Below are positions 39,788 to 48,865 of a stretch of 64,000 bases of DNA, piece by piece. This DNA comes from Phycisphaeraceae bacterium. Its GTDB lineage: Bacteria > Planctomycetota > Phycisphaerae > Phycisphaerales > Phycisphaeraceae. The stretch is from assembly GCA_963674705.1 (NCBI GenBank), contig OY771506.1, positions 128,001 to 192,000 of the forward strand, written 5' to 3'. A program made the translations under genes and the position numbers. Under the pieces are notes generated by a model that saw nothing but the letters and a program-made list of their open reading frames with translations, did no database searches and was not told where the DNA came from. How positions within the stretch are numbered: position 1 is the first letter of the stretch; each line of letters opens with the position of its first letter.

Positions 39788-41833
39788 ATGAGAATAACAG
39801 TCTTGGCCATGGTAGTAAGCGTTTGCGCTTCGGCTGCGCATGCCTCGACGATGATTGAGACAACCGTTTTCGATCGTGGCGAGAACGGGTACTTCGCGTT
39901 TCGCATTCCCGCGATTATCACGGCGCAGAACGGCGACCTACTCGCGTTTGCCGAGGCGCGGCGTGACAACCTGCAAGATGAAGGTGACATAGACATCGTG
40001 CTCAAGCGCAGCACCGACGGTGGTGTGAGTTGGGGGCCGATGCAACTGCTGGCAGACAATGGTGCCGGGAAAGCAGGTAATCCCACACCGGTTCTTGATC
40101 AGACCACCGGCAATATCATCCTGCCTTATAGCGTGGATGTGGAAACCCCATACGTCATTACGAGCAGTGACCACGGCCTGACCTGGTCAGCCCCCGTGAA
40201 TATCAAATCCTCGGCCAACCCCTCAAACTGGAAAGGTTACGTTTTTGGTCCGACGCACGGTATCCAGTTGCAGCGCGGGCCTCATGCCGGCCGCCTGGTT
40301 ATCCCCGGCAGTCACTCGCTACGCGGCGTACCACTCGAGCCCATGGGGCGTGAAGCCCACCTCATCTATTCGGATGACGGGGGTGCATCCTGGAACGTCG
40401 GTGGGGTCTTGACGAACCCTACGGAAGGCATTGGGCCGGGTGAGGCCACGGTCACCGAACTCGTCGATGGCACGCTCTATGTCAACACCCGCAACCAAGG
40501 CGACTTCTCACGTCACCGACTGATCGGGTACAGCGAAGACGGTGGTCTGTCTTTCACCAATCAGGCACAGATCGAGTACGGATTGATCGACCCAAAGGTC
40601 CAGGGCAGCGTCGTAAGATACTCGGCCATCGACGCGGGTGACGACCGTAACCGTATCCTGTTCTCCAATCCCAAGTCACAGGACTCGCGCACCGATTTAC
40701 ATGTCCGCAGTTCATTTGACGAGTCCACTTCCTGGGATGAGGGGAAGCTGATCAACCGTGAGCGGTCCGCATATTCCGATCTCGTCAAGCTGCAAGATGG
40801 CCGAATCGGGGTGCTTTACGAGTGGGGCAACAAAAAAACCTACGAGGAGATTCGCTTCACGACGTTCACCGAGGACTGGCTGGACAGCCCCACCGCGCTG
40901 CACTACAACTTCGATGCGGCTTATTTAACCAGTGCCAATGGCACAAACCTTGTCACCAGTATCGACGGCTATAACTACGACGGCTACGCTGTGGCATCTA
41001 TGACACAGGTTTCGGGCAGCGCCGATTATCCGGGCGCGGGCGCTCTTCGCTTCACGGGCGCCAACAGCAACGACACGATCCGCGTGCTTAAGGCCAAGGA
41101 ATCCGGGAACTTCGAGTTTGCGCATGAGGACAGCTTCACGATCGAGGCCGTCTTCCGCACCGAACAACACGACACAGACAGGGGCATAATCTTCGACAAG
41201 AGCGGGCCTAATACCAAAGGCGCCTACTCGATTGGCATCGAGAACGGCAAGCTGCTGTTTTATACCCGTGATCTTTCGGGTAACCAAGCGAGCCTACTGA
41301 GCGACACAGACATTAACGATGGCGCTTGGCACCATGTTGCAGTAGTTCGAGACGCCGCAGCCCAACGTTTCTATCTGTACATCGACCATCAACTCACCGA
41401 CACGTTTATCGACCCGACCACACACGATTTTGGGGCCGTGATCGGTAATGCAATGGTCCCGTACATCGGTTCCACCGCTTCGGGCCAGGATCAGTTCGAC
41501 GGTGATCTGCAACACCTGCGCATCTCAATGGCGGCATTGACAGCGGACCTTTTTTTGCAAAGGATGCTCGCCGGCGACTTGGACGGCAACGGATTCGTTG
41601 ATAAGAACGATCTGGACATTGTGCTGGGTGCATGGAACCAGTTTGTCCCCCCCGGCAACCCGCTGGCAGATCCCAGCGGTGACGGGTTCGTGGGCTTGGC
41701 GGACCTGGACACGGTGCTGGGCAATTGGAACGCTGGCACGACACCGGGTGGTACAGCCCTGCCGGAACCGGCCTCGCTGGCTGTGCTGAGCACAGGCGCG
41801 GTGGCGCTGCTTCGGTGGCGCGAGGGTCGCTGA
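39788..41833 (+). CDS. GH33 sialidase + LamG-like domain + dockerin-like module + PEP-CTERM
   Basis: Start moved to MRITVLA; FRIP, Asp-boxes STDGGVSW, SSDHGLTW, SDDGGASW, SEDGGLSF; AYSDL; LamG motif DGAWHHVAVVRD; LPEPAS. Confidence 0.9.
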   Translation: MRITVLAMVVSVCASAAHASTMIETTVFDRGENGYFAFRIPAIITAQNGDLLAFAEARRDNLQDEGDIDIVLKRSTDGGVSWGPMQLLADNGAGKAGNPTPVLDQTTGNIILPYSVDVETPYVITSSDHGLTWSAPVNIKSSANPSNWKGYVFGPTHGIQLQRGPHAGRLVIPGSHSLRGVPLEPMGREAHLIYSDDGGASWNVGGVLTNPTEGIGPGEATVTELVDGTLYVNTRNQGDFSRHRLIGYSEDGGLSFTNQAQIEYGLIDPKVQGSVVRYSAIDAGDDRNRILFSNPKSQDSRTDLHVRSSFDESTSWDEGKLINRERSAYSDLVKLQDGRIGVLYEWGNKKTYEEIRFTTFTEDWLDSPTALHYNFDAAYLTSANGTNLVTSIDGYNYDGYAVASMTQVSGSADYPGAGALRFTGANSNDTIRVLKAKESGNFEFAHEDSFTIEAVFRTEQHDTDRGIIFDKSGPNTKGAYSIGIENGKLLFYTRDLSGNQASLLSDTDINDGAWHHVAVVRDAAAQRFYLYIDHQLTDTFIDPTTHDFGAVIGNAMVPYIGSTASGQDQFDGDLQHLRISMAALTADLFLQRMLAGDLDGNGFVDKNDLDIVLGAWNQFVPPGNPLADPSGDGFVGLADLDTVLGNWNAGTTPGGTALPEPASLAVLSTGAVALLRWREGR

Positions 41834-41993
41834 TGATCCGTCAACTTCCTCTTTTGGATTTTGTTGTATCGCAACCCCGACTGTAGCCCGAGTGCCAACT
41901 TTTGGCACGCCGTAGTGAACACTTAGGTGACACCGACTGGAAACAGACACTCCAAGATTACCGAATCAATAGCCGACCACGCAAGGAATACAC

Positions 41994-42824
41994 ATGAATA
42001 GTTATGAGTTTGCCGCTGCGTTACGCAATGGTGATCGCCTTTTCGGAACGCTCATCGTCTCAAGTTCACCCGCCTGGCCCAAGGTGATGCATCGCATCGG
42101 GCTGGATTATGTGTTCATCGACACCGAGCACATCGCCATTAATCGTAACGAACTGTCATGGATGTGCCGTACCTACGCGGCCATGGGTTTGCCGCCGGTG
42201 GTGCGCGTGCCGAAACCCGATCCTTACCAGGTGACGGTCGCCCTGGATGATGGGGCGGCAGGTGTGATGGTACCCTACATAGAAACCGTCGAGCAGGTCC
42301 GCGAACTGGTGGGTGCAACCAAGTATCGACCTCTCAAGGGTCGCAAGCTACGGGATCTGCTCGGCGGACGAGAACAGCTCAACGGCCAGTTGGCTGAGTA
42401 CATCCGACGCCACAACGCTGGCCACAGCCTCATCATTAACATTGAAAGTGTGCCCGCCATGGAGAGCCTGGACCAGATTCTTAGCGTCGAAGGCGTCGAC
42501 GCCATCGTCATCGGGCCGCACGATCTTTCCACCAGTCTGGGCGTACCCGAGCAGTACGATCATCCAACCTTCATCTCGGCGGTGGACACGATCATCGACA
42601 AGGCACGAGCAGCCGGCATAAGCGCCGGAATTCACGCCACCTTCAGTCGCGGTGACAACATCGATGCGGAAGTGCGCTGGATCGAACGTGGTGCCAACCT
42701 GATCCTGCACAGCGGCGATATCATCGTCTTTGAGAACACCATGCAGCGTGAACTCACCCAGCTTCGGGCGGCCACGAAGTCGAAGGCCAAGTCAGGGGAG
42801 ACTCTGGACCGTATACATATCTAA
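41994..42824 (+). CDS. HpcH/HpaI class II pyruvate aldolase family
   Basis: DYVFIDTEH, LDDGAAGVMVP, NIES, IGPHDLSTSLG. Confidence 0.9.
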   Translation: MNSYEFAAALRNGDRLFGTLIVSSSPAWPKVMHRIGLDYVFIDTEHIAINRNELSWMCRTYAAMGLPPVVRVPKPDPYQVTVALDDGAAGVMVPYIETVEQVRELVGATKYRPLKGRKLRDLLGGREQLNGQLAEYIRRHNAGHSLIINIESVPAMESLDQILSVEGVDAIVIGPHDLSTSLGVPEQYDHPTFISAVDTIIDKARAAGISAGIHATFSRGDNIDAEVRWIERGANLILHSGDIIVFENTMQRELTQLRAATKSKAKSGETLDRIHI

Positions 42825-43093
42825 CGTCGATCTTACAGATAACAACCGTAATACGAAGAGTGTGATTTGAACAAGCCCGCCCACACCAGAATCAGCGATT
42901 GGATGCTTTCAGAGTGACATCCAAAGAAATTTAAGGCGCGACCCAGTTACGATCGGCTTCTTATAATCCATCTATTCAGGCTAGCCCTTTTTAGCTTCCT
43001 CACATTACCCCCCCCCAAAGTTGCATTCGATATGTATCACTTCTTTGGAGTGAATCCAATACTCTGGAACTGTGAACCGGAGCCATCATCTTC

Positions 43094-44137
43094 TCAATAC
43101 ATCAGCCAGCGGTGTACCTGGTCGATATTACGGCTGTCGCTGGTCTCGTGATGATCAGCAGGGAAACTGGTCAGAGCGGACTCGTGCAGTTGCTGCGCGC
43201 CCAGTCCAAAGCGGTTGCGGAAGGCGCGGCTGAAGTGCGAGGCACTGCTGAATCCCCACCGCTCGGCGACCTCGTAAATGTAACGATCCGGTTGGGGTGC
43301 CAGGGCCAGTTCTGCAAAGCAGCGAGCCAATCGCTGGTTTCGAAGGTAAGTACGCACGCCGCCCACACTGGTGAACAATCGATGTGTTGTGGCACGCGAA
43401 CAGCCGAAAGCCTCGACAAGATCGCGCGGCCCCAGTTGTGGCTCGTCCAGCCGTTCGTCGAGGAATGCCGTCATCACCGACAGCAGCATGTCGCTGGATT
43501 CCGTGGCGGATGCCTGCCGCCACTGTCTGTCCACCAGTTTGTTAATCAGTGCGACAAAGTGGGTCGTCAGTTGCGATGCGGTTTGCGTCTGTCCTGAGAC
43601 CAACGTGGACCAGAGCGTTTGCCATGCGAAGGCAAGCGCCGCGCCCGACAGGGAATTGCGAGGCCAGTTGATGACGGGACAGCGCTCATGGATCCAGTCA
43701 CGTCGTTCGATTCGTTCACGCGGTATCAACAGGCCAAACTTTGCCGTGGGCTGGGTGACCGTGTAGTAGGGCCAGGACCAGTCCTGCAGGGTGATGCGAT
43801 CGGGGCCGACCCGTAAGGGCTGGCGATGAACCTGTCCGCGCTCGGCGCCGGAAATCGGCATATGCATGTGAAAGTAATCCTGATCGCCGCCGCGAACGTG
43901 GCGTTGCGTTCGCCGATAGGTCGAAGCCGCGAAGTTGACTCGCGTGAACATCAGGCCGTCCACGACGAACCACTCCGACTGTATCTGGTAGTCCCGCCGC
44001 GATTGCACGTGCCCGACGTCGAAGACGGGCCGGGTCATGTCGTGCCACAGACCGAACGCGCTATTCCCCACGAGCGGCTCATTGATGAGATGCTCAATTG
44101 CCACCGGAGCTGAACCAGATTTGGATTTAGTCATCAC
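43094..44137 (-). CDS. AraC-family transcriptional regulator
   Basis: C-terminal IYEVAERWGFSSASHFSRAFRNRFG. Confidence 0.88.
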   Translation of the reverse strand: MMTKSKSGSAPVAIEHLINEPLVGNSAFGLWHDMTRPVFDVGHVQSRRDYQIQSEWFVVDGLMFTRVNFAASTYRRTQRHVRGGDQDYFHMHMPISGAERGQVHRQPLRVGPDRITLQDWSWPYYTVTQPTAKFGLLIPRERIERRDWIHERCPVINWPRNSLSGAALAFAWQTLWSTLVSGQTQTASQLTTHFVALINKLVDRQWRQASATESSDMLLSVMTAFLDERLDEPQLGPRDLVEAFGCSRATTHRLFTSVGGVRTYLRNQRLARCFAELALAPQPDRYIYEVAERWGFSSASHFSRAFRNRFGLGAQQLHESALTSFPADHHETSDSRNIDQVHRWLMY

Positions 44138-44418
44138 GCCTGCCCTTCATAGGCAAGGAGATTATTGCGTTTAATGATCGCGGAAGCCAGCAGAATAGCT
44201 GCCTTACAGAATTTTTGAAGCGATTAATGCCTGCTAAAACACATTTTTACATGCCTTGATGTGTTTTTGAGACGTACGGTCAATCCTGATTGCCATGCGG
44301 GTGATACCATTGCCCGCATTAAATTGGGCGGTGATAGCCGGTCTCCGGCTGACAATTCTATCTTATCGGCGAGTCCGCCTGTGTGTGCCCGTGTGCGAGC
44401 ACGGAAGCTGTTGGGCGA

Positions 44419-45108
44419 TTAAGACCAATCGGTTTTAAATAGCTGAACTTCACGTTCGATATCCGCATAACAATCAAGAGCTTCAGCGATATCCTTGTCG
44501 CCCGCCCTGAAATTGATGTCCCGTTCTCGTTCAGCCTCGACTCTGGATACAGCGCTGGCGGCGTTAATTGCGTCACCCCATGCGGCAAGAGCTGCATCAA
44601 ACTTGATTAGGACCGTTGCCATATTCGCATTGAAGGCGCTGATCCAGATATGGTTCTCGTTTGCGGTTTTGACCCACGGGTCTCGACTATCGATGTCTTT
44701 TATCCCCGACCCATTGTAAGCAGCTTTCAGGGCAATTAGTGCGTCTTTGTGCTCTTTGTAGTTTCCGCCCACTTCTCGCAGCGCCTGTAAACGCCTCGTT
44801 TCTTTTACGACAGGTTGTATCTTTTCGTAATACTGCAATACCTTGGGATCAATCTCTTTGGTTTCTGTTTTGCCAGGAACGCTGCCGCCATTTTGACTCA
44901 CATACCATGTAACGCCTGAGGCAACGATGATACCCAGCAGCAGCAAGACGATGAGCTTGACGCTCCCTTCGGCGTGGCAATGGGGCACCAAGTTGCTTTT
45001 TGATTTACATGAGGTCTTACGGACATTTGTGTGGTGAATATGGGTCATCTGATTCCCCAGGTGGCTAAGGTTGGGCTTGGAGGGGCTGCTATCCGTCAGC
45101 ATCCTCAC
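44419..45108 (-). CDS. Hypothetical membrane-anchored protein
   Basis: One TM segment (LIVLLLLGIIVASGVTWYV) then a helical domain; low GC; start uncertain. Confidence 0.55.
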   Translation of the reverse strand: MRMLTDSSPSKPNLSHLGNQMTHIHHTNVRKTSCKSKSNLVPHCHAEGSVKLIVLLLLGIIVASGVTWYVSQNGGSVPGKTETKEIDPKVLQYYEKIQPVVKETRRLQALREVGGNYKEHKDALIALKAAYNGSGIKDIDSRDPWVKTANENHIWISAFNANMATVLIKFDAALAAWGDAINAASAVSRVEAERERDINFRAGDKDIAEALDCYADIEREVQLFKTDWS

Positions 45109-45183
45109 AAATGAAGCCCTTGACGGTTCAAATGTAGAGTATACTCTGAGGACGGAACGGGCAAGCCAGCTTAGCCTGTCTCG

Positions 45184-45399
45184 GTGGGAGGCAATGAACT
45201 ACGAAAAGCTCGACAAGCGGCAGGGTTGACCCAAGAGGAATTAGCCTTCAAGACGGGTCTGCACCGAACCTATATCAGCATGCTTGAGCGGGATAAGAAC
45301 TCTTTGACCATCCCGACCCTCTTCAAGATATGCAAGGTCATAGGCGTTCGCCCCTCGACGCTGGTGGCGAGGATTGAGAAGTCAAAGGGGAAAAAATAA
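45184..45399 (+). CDS. Small XRE/Cro-type HTH regulator
   Basis: LRKARQAAGLTQEELAFKTGLHRTYISMLER. Confidence 0.85.
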   Translation: MGGNELRKARQAAGLTQEELAFKTGLHRTYISMLERDKNSLTIPTLFKICKVIGVRPSTLVARIEKSKGKK

Positions 45400-45545
45400 C
45401 CTCGCGCCGGTGGGCGGGGCATGTCTGATTGGGGGTCCGGAGGATCGCAGACTCGTACACTAGCGGGAAAAGTGTCTGCGTAACTGCGCGCCGAAAATGC
45501 CAGCGTAGTGCTGGCAAGGGTTTACGGCGTTCAGGATGTGAAAAG

Positions 45546-45633
45546 CGGAGAGGGCGGGATTCGAACCCGCGGTAGGGACGAGCCCTACACTGGTTTTCGA
45601 AACCAGCTCCTTCAGCCGCTCGGACACCTCTCC
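45546..45633 (-). tRNA. tRNA-Ser(CGA)
   Basis: Minus strand GGAGAGGTGTCCGAGCGGCTGAAGGAGCTGGTTTCGAAAACCAGTGTAGGGCTCGTCCCTACCGCGGGTTCGAATCCCGCCCTCTCCG: acceptor stem, CGA anticodon, long variable arm, GTTCGAATC T-loop; CCA not encoded. Confidence 0.95.
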
Positions 45634-45939
45634 AAAGGTCGGGCTGCGTAGGGGTCAGCCCGGCGGGTGGGACATGATAACCGGATCGGCGGGATTGTGC
45701 GACGGGATCAGAGATAGGGTTCGAGGTTCGTGGATTCATGATTTTGGCGTGAGCATCCCGGCCAAAGCCCTGCGGGCTACGACCGGGCTTTGGATGTCGG
45801 ATTGTGGGAACCGGCTGGGGGCTGGGTGAATATTATTGCTTATTGCGTGCGGAGTTGTTAGTGACAAGGGGGTCTTTACAGGTGCAGGCTTTTAATCGCG
45901 AACAGGATGGGGTATGTTGCGCATCTTCAAGGAGCGAAT

Positions 45940-46191
45940 ATGACCGAACCGACAGATACCTACCAGCCCGGCCAGCGTGTGGCCATCACCCAGCAGGTGC
46001 CCCGCCAGGCGGGGGTCTGGACCGAGCGCGTCGAGGGCGTGGTCGAACGGGCCGAGCAGAAGAAGACCGGCTCGTGGTATGCCCACAGCAAGGATGACAA
46101 GCTCTGGCTGGACCGGCTGGTTATCCGCAAGGACGACGGCGAGATCATCGTGGCGAACCTGGATGAGTTCACGCGGATCGAAGTGCTGTGA
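45940..46191 (+). CDS. Small hypothetical protein
   Basis: AAGGAG RBS before MTEPTD; host-like codon usage. Confidence 0.7.
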   Translation: MTEPTDTYQPGQRVAITQQVPRQAGVWTERVEGVVERAEQKKTGSWYAHSKDDKLWLDRLVIRKDDGEIIVANLDEFTRIEVL

Positions 46192-46319
46192 GACCTGGTC
46201 CAGCGTGTGAGGGATGATGTTGGTTTTGTTGGATGATGGCACCGGCGGCTGAAGCCGCCTCCGCCAAATGTTTGTTGTGCGTTTCTTTTTCAATACCCCC
46301 CTACCAACCGGGATCTATC

Positions 46320-47321
46320 ATGGCGATTGCTGACTGGCGTTCTTTGCATCACGACCACTTCGAGAACAAGCGTGCGCTGGTCACGGGTGGAGCGGGATTC
46401 ATCGGCTCGCACCTCAGCGAAGCGCTCATTGACCTGGGTGCGACGGTGAACGTGATCGACGATTTGAGCGGCGGGGATGTTGAGAACTTTGAAACCTATA
46501 AGGATCGTGCTGGGGATCGGCTGAACTTCGTCGAAGGTTCGATCCTCGATACGGAACTGCTCGCGAAGCTGATTGATGGCTGTGATTACATCTTCCACCA
46601 GGCGGCGCTGGGGTCGGTGCCCCGGAGCATCGAGCAGCCTGTGCGGTACAACGAGGTGAACACGACGGGGACGCTGAACGTGCTGGAAGCGGCGCGGGCG
46701 GCGGGCGTGAAGCGTGTGATGTTCGCGGCGAGCAGCTCGGCGTATGGTGATTCGGAAACGCTGCCGAAGGTTGAGAACATGCCGGTCAAGGCCAAGAGCC
46801 CCTACGCGGCGAACAAGGTTGCGTGCGAAGCACTCATGCGCGCCTATGCCGACAGCTACGGGTTGGATACGGCCTGCCTGCGCTACTTCAACATCTTCGG
46901 CCCACGCCAGAACGCCAACTCGGCCTACGCGGCGGTGATCGCGGCGTTCGCCAGCGCCTTGTTGAACAATAAACAACCACTGATCTTCGGGGACGGCGAA
47001 CAGTCGCGCGACTTCACGTTCGTCGATAATGCCGTGCACGCCAACCTGCTGGCGGCCCGATGCGAGAAACGGATCGGCGGCGAGGTGATGAACGTCGCGG
47101 TCGGGACGCGCGTATCGGTCAACGAGCTGGCCGAGGCGATGGCCAAGATGATGGGCCACCCGGAATTGAAGCCGATTCATGAAGCGGAGCGTGCCGGCGA
47201 CGTGAAGCATTCGCTGGCGGATCTGAGCCTGACCAGGCAGGTTTTGGGTTATGAGCCGATCGTGCCGTTCGAGCAGGGATTGGAAGCGACCGTGCGCTGG
47301 TATGAGGCGGTGGCGGTTTGA
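46320..47321 (+). CDS. NAD-dependent epimerase/dehydratase (extended SDR, UDP-GlcNAc 4-epimerase-like)
   Basis: TGGAGFIGSH, HQAALGSVPRS, SPYAANK (YxxxK), LRYFNIFGPRQ, GDGEQSRDF. Confidence 0.92.
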   Translation: MAIADWRSLHHDHFENKRALVTGGAGFIGSHLSEALIDLGATVNVIDDLSGGDVENFETYKDRAGDRLNFVEGSILDTELLAKLIDGCDYIFHQAALGSVPRSIEQPVRYNEVNTTGTLNVLEAARAAGVKRVMFAASSSAYGDSETLPKVENMPVKAKSPYAANKVACEALMRAYADSYGLDTACLRYFNIFGPRQNANSAYAAVIAAFASALLNNKQPLIFGDGEQSRDFTFVDNAVHANLLAARCEKRIGGEVMNVAVGTRVSVNELAEAMAKMMGHPELKPIHEAERAGDVKHSLADLSLTRQVLGYEPIVPFEQGLEATVRWYEAVAV

Positions 47322-47461
47322 GACGCTGACAGCCGGGGTTTGTATCTATCAAAGGTGTTCGCGCCATCCTTAGCTCCGGAGGGTGGGTTATCCACAAATT
47401 ATTCGCAATCTTCGGTTAAGGGTTTACGGGGTTTGGGTTGCTGGCCTAGAATCTGCCAGCC

Positions 47462-48004
47462 ATGTCACAAGCGCCTGTAAGCGATCAGACAGCCCGAGGC
47501 TACGAGCCACCACGTAACACACAGTTCAGTGTCTTTGTCGACAACCGCGTCGGCCGGCTGCTGGAGGTGATCGAGGTATTTCATGGCAAACCGCTGGTGC
47601 TGGCGGGTTTGAGCGTGGTGGAATCGGCGGATCATGCGGTCGTGCGGATATTGACATCGCACGGCGACCTGGCGCGGCGACTGCTGGAACGGCATCAACT
47701 GCCTTTCAGTGAGGCGAACGTCCTGGCGGTTGAACTGGGCGAAGGCAAGACGATGGCGGAGATGTGCCGGGCGCTGCTCGCGGCGGAATTGAGCATCCAC
47801 TACGCCTATCCCCTGCTGGTTCGGCCACGCGGTTTGCCGGCACTGGCGATCCATACGGACGATCCGCTGCTCTCGGCGCAGATCCTGAGGCGGAAGCTGT
47901 TCACGCTGCTGGCTGAGAACGATCTGGGGGATAACGCATCTCGGAGCACGCCGGGCAATCCGAACGATCCTCCGGGGGGTCCGGGCGGGCCATCGGAAAA
48001 CTGA
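47462..48004 (+). CDS. ACT-domain protein
   Basis: QFSVFVDNRVGRL...second ACT-like repeat with IHYAY. Confidence 0.75.
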   Translation: MSQAPVSDQTARGYEPPRNTQFSVFVDNRVGRLLEVIEVFHGKPLVLAGLSVVESADHAVVRILTSHGDLARRLLERHQLPFSEANVLAVELGEGKTMAEMCRALLAAELSIHYAYPLLVRPRGLPALAIHTDDPLLSAQILRRKLFTLLAENDLGDNASRSTPGNPNDPPGGPGGPSEN

Positions 48005-48044
48005 GGTTTCCCCCTGCTTCTTCATGCAGTAACTGGCCAAGCCA

Positions 48045-48206
48045 TTAGCCGGCGTGGTTACTTTTCTTGGCGGACAGGTGTATCCCAAGGAAGACGACCA
48101 GGAAGACGATGGCGAGGAATCCGAGCATAAGTCCTGCCATTATCAGCAATTCGAACCAGCCAATACCGGTGCCGAGGAACAAGCCGAGCGTGGGCATGAT
48201 GTGCAT
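48045..48206 (-). CDS. Small single-TM protein, 53 aa (missed by the ORF track)
   Basis: GGAGG RBS; MHIMPTLGLFLGTGIGWFELLIMAGLMLGFLAIVFLVVFLGIHLSAKKSNHAG*. Confidence 0.6.
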   Translation of the reverse strand: MHIMPTLGLFLGTGIGWFELLIMAGLMLGFLAIVFLVVFLGIHLSAKKSNHAG

Positions 48207-48436
48207 TTCAACCTCCGGTCAGTCGCGGATCGGCTAGAGCATATTCCATACAAGTGTCGCGGCTGAGGTTCACTTTTACACGACAAGTCGCGGCGCTACA
48301 TTAAGCGTCGTCATCTCCATGCAGGCGGGGATCCACTCACAGGGCGTGAGGTCATAAATGATGCGGATTGGCTAATCCAACCTCAATCGGGTGATGGAAA
48401 TATTTGACAATGTTTTTGTGCCGGACGATTTCTAGT

Positions 48437-48451
48437 TGAAACTGTGTATCA
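48437..48451. promoter_or_regulatory. Weak Fur-box-like element upstream of feoA
   Basis: TGAAACT-G-TGTATCA matches 10 of 14 positions of TGATAATnATTATCA. Confidence 0.3.
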
Positions 48452-48505
48452 GTATAGGTAGCATTGTGCACACAAACCCCCCGTTAATCTGTTTAGAGCC
48501 AGCAC

Positions 48506-48865
48506 ATGATTTCGTTCGGTATACCTGCCCAAAAAGTACGTTCATCTGAAGCGAATGAGGGGCAGGCTTCAGGGGAAAGCTGTCGCGTGAGCCTGGATCA
48601 GCTCAAGAAGGGCCAGTGCGGGGTGGTCTGGGACCTGAGCGTTTCCGAAAATGACGATAAACGATTGCGTGCACTGGGTATATGCCCCGGTCGACGTGTC
48701 TGGTTGATCCGTCAGGGCAACCCGATGGTGGTCCGCGTGATGGGGACCCGGCTGGGATTGGCCCGTGAGCTTGCGAGGATGGTGCAGGTGGATGTCTGCG
48801 CTCCGCCCTGCTCGATCGCCACGGACCTGACGTCTGCGGAGTTGGACGGGAGGGCCGGCGTATGA
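48506..48865 (+). CDS. feoA: Ferrous iron transport protein A
   Basis: RLRALGICPG...GNPMVVRV; overlaps the feoB start (ATGA). Confidence 0.88.
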   Translation: MISFGIPAQKVRSSEANEGQASGESCRVSLDQLKKGQCGVVWDLSVSENDDKRLRALGICPGRRVWLIRQGNPMVVRVMGTRLGLARELARMVQVDVCAPPCSIATDLTSAELDGRAGV

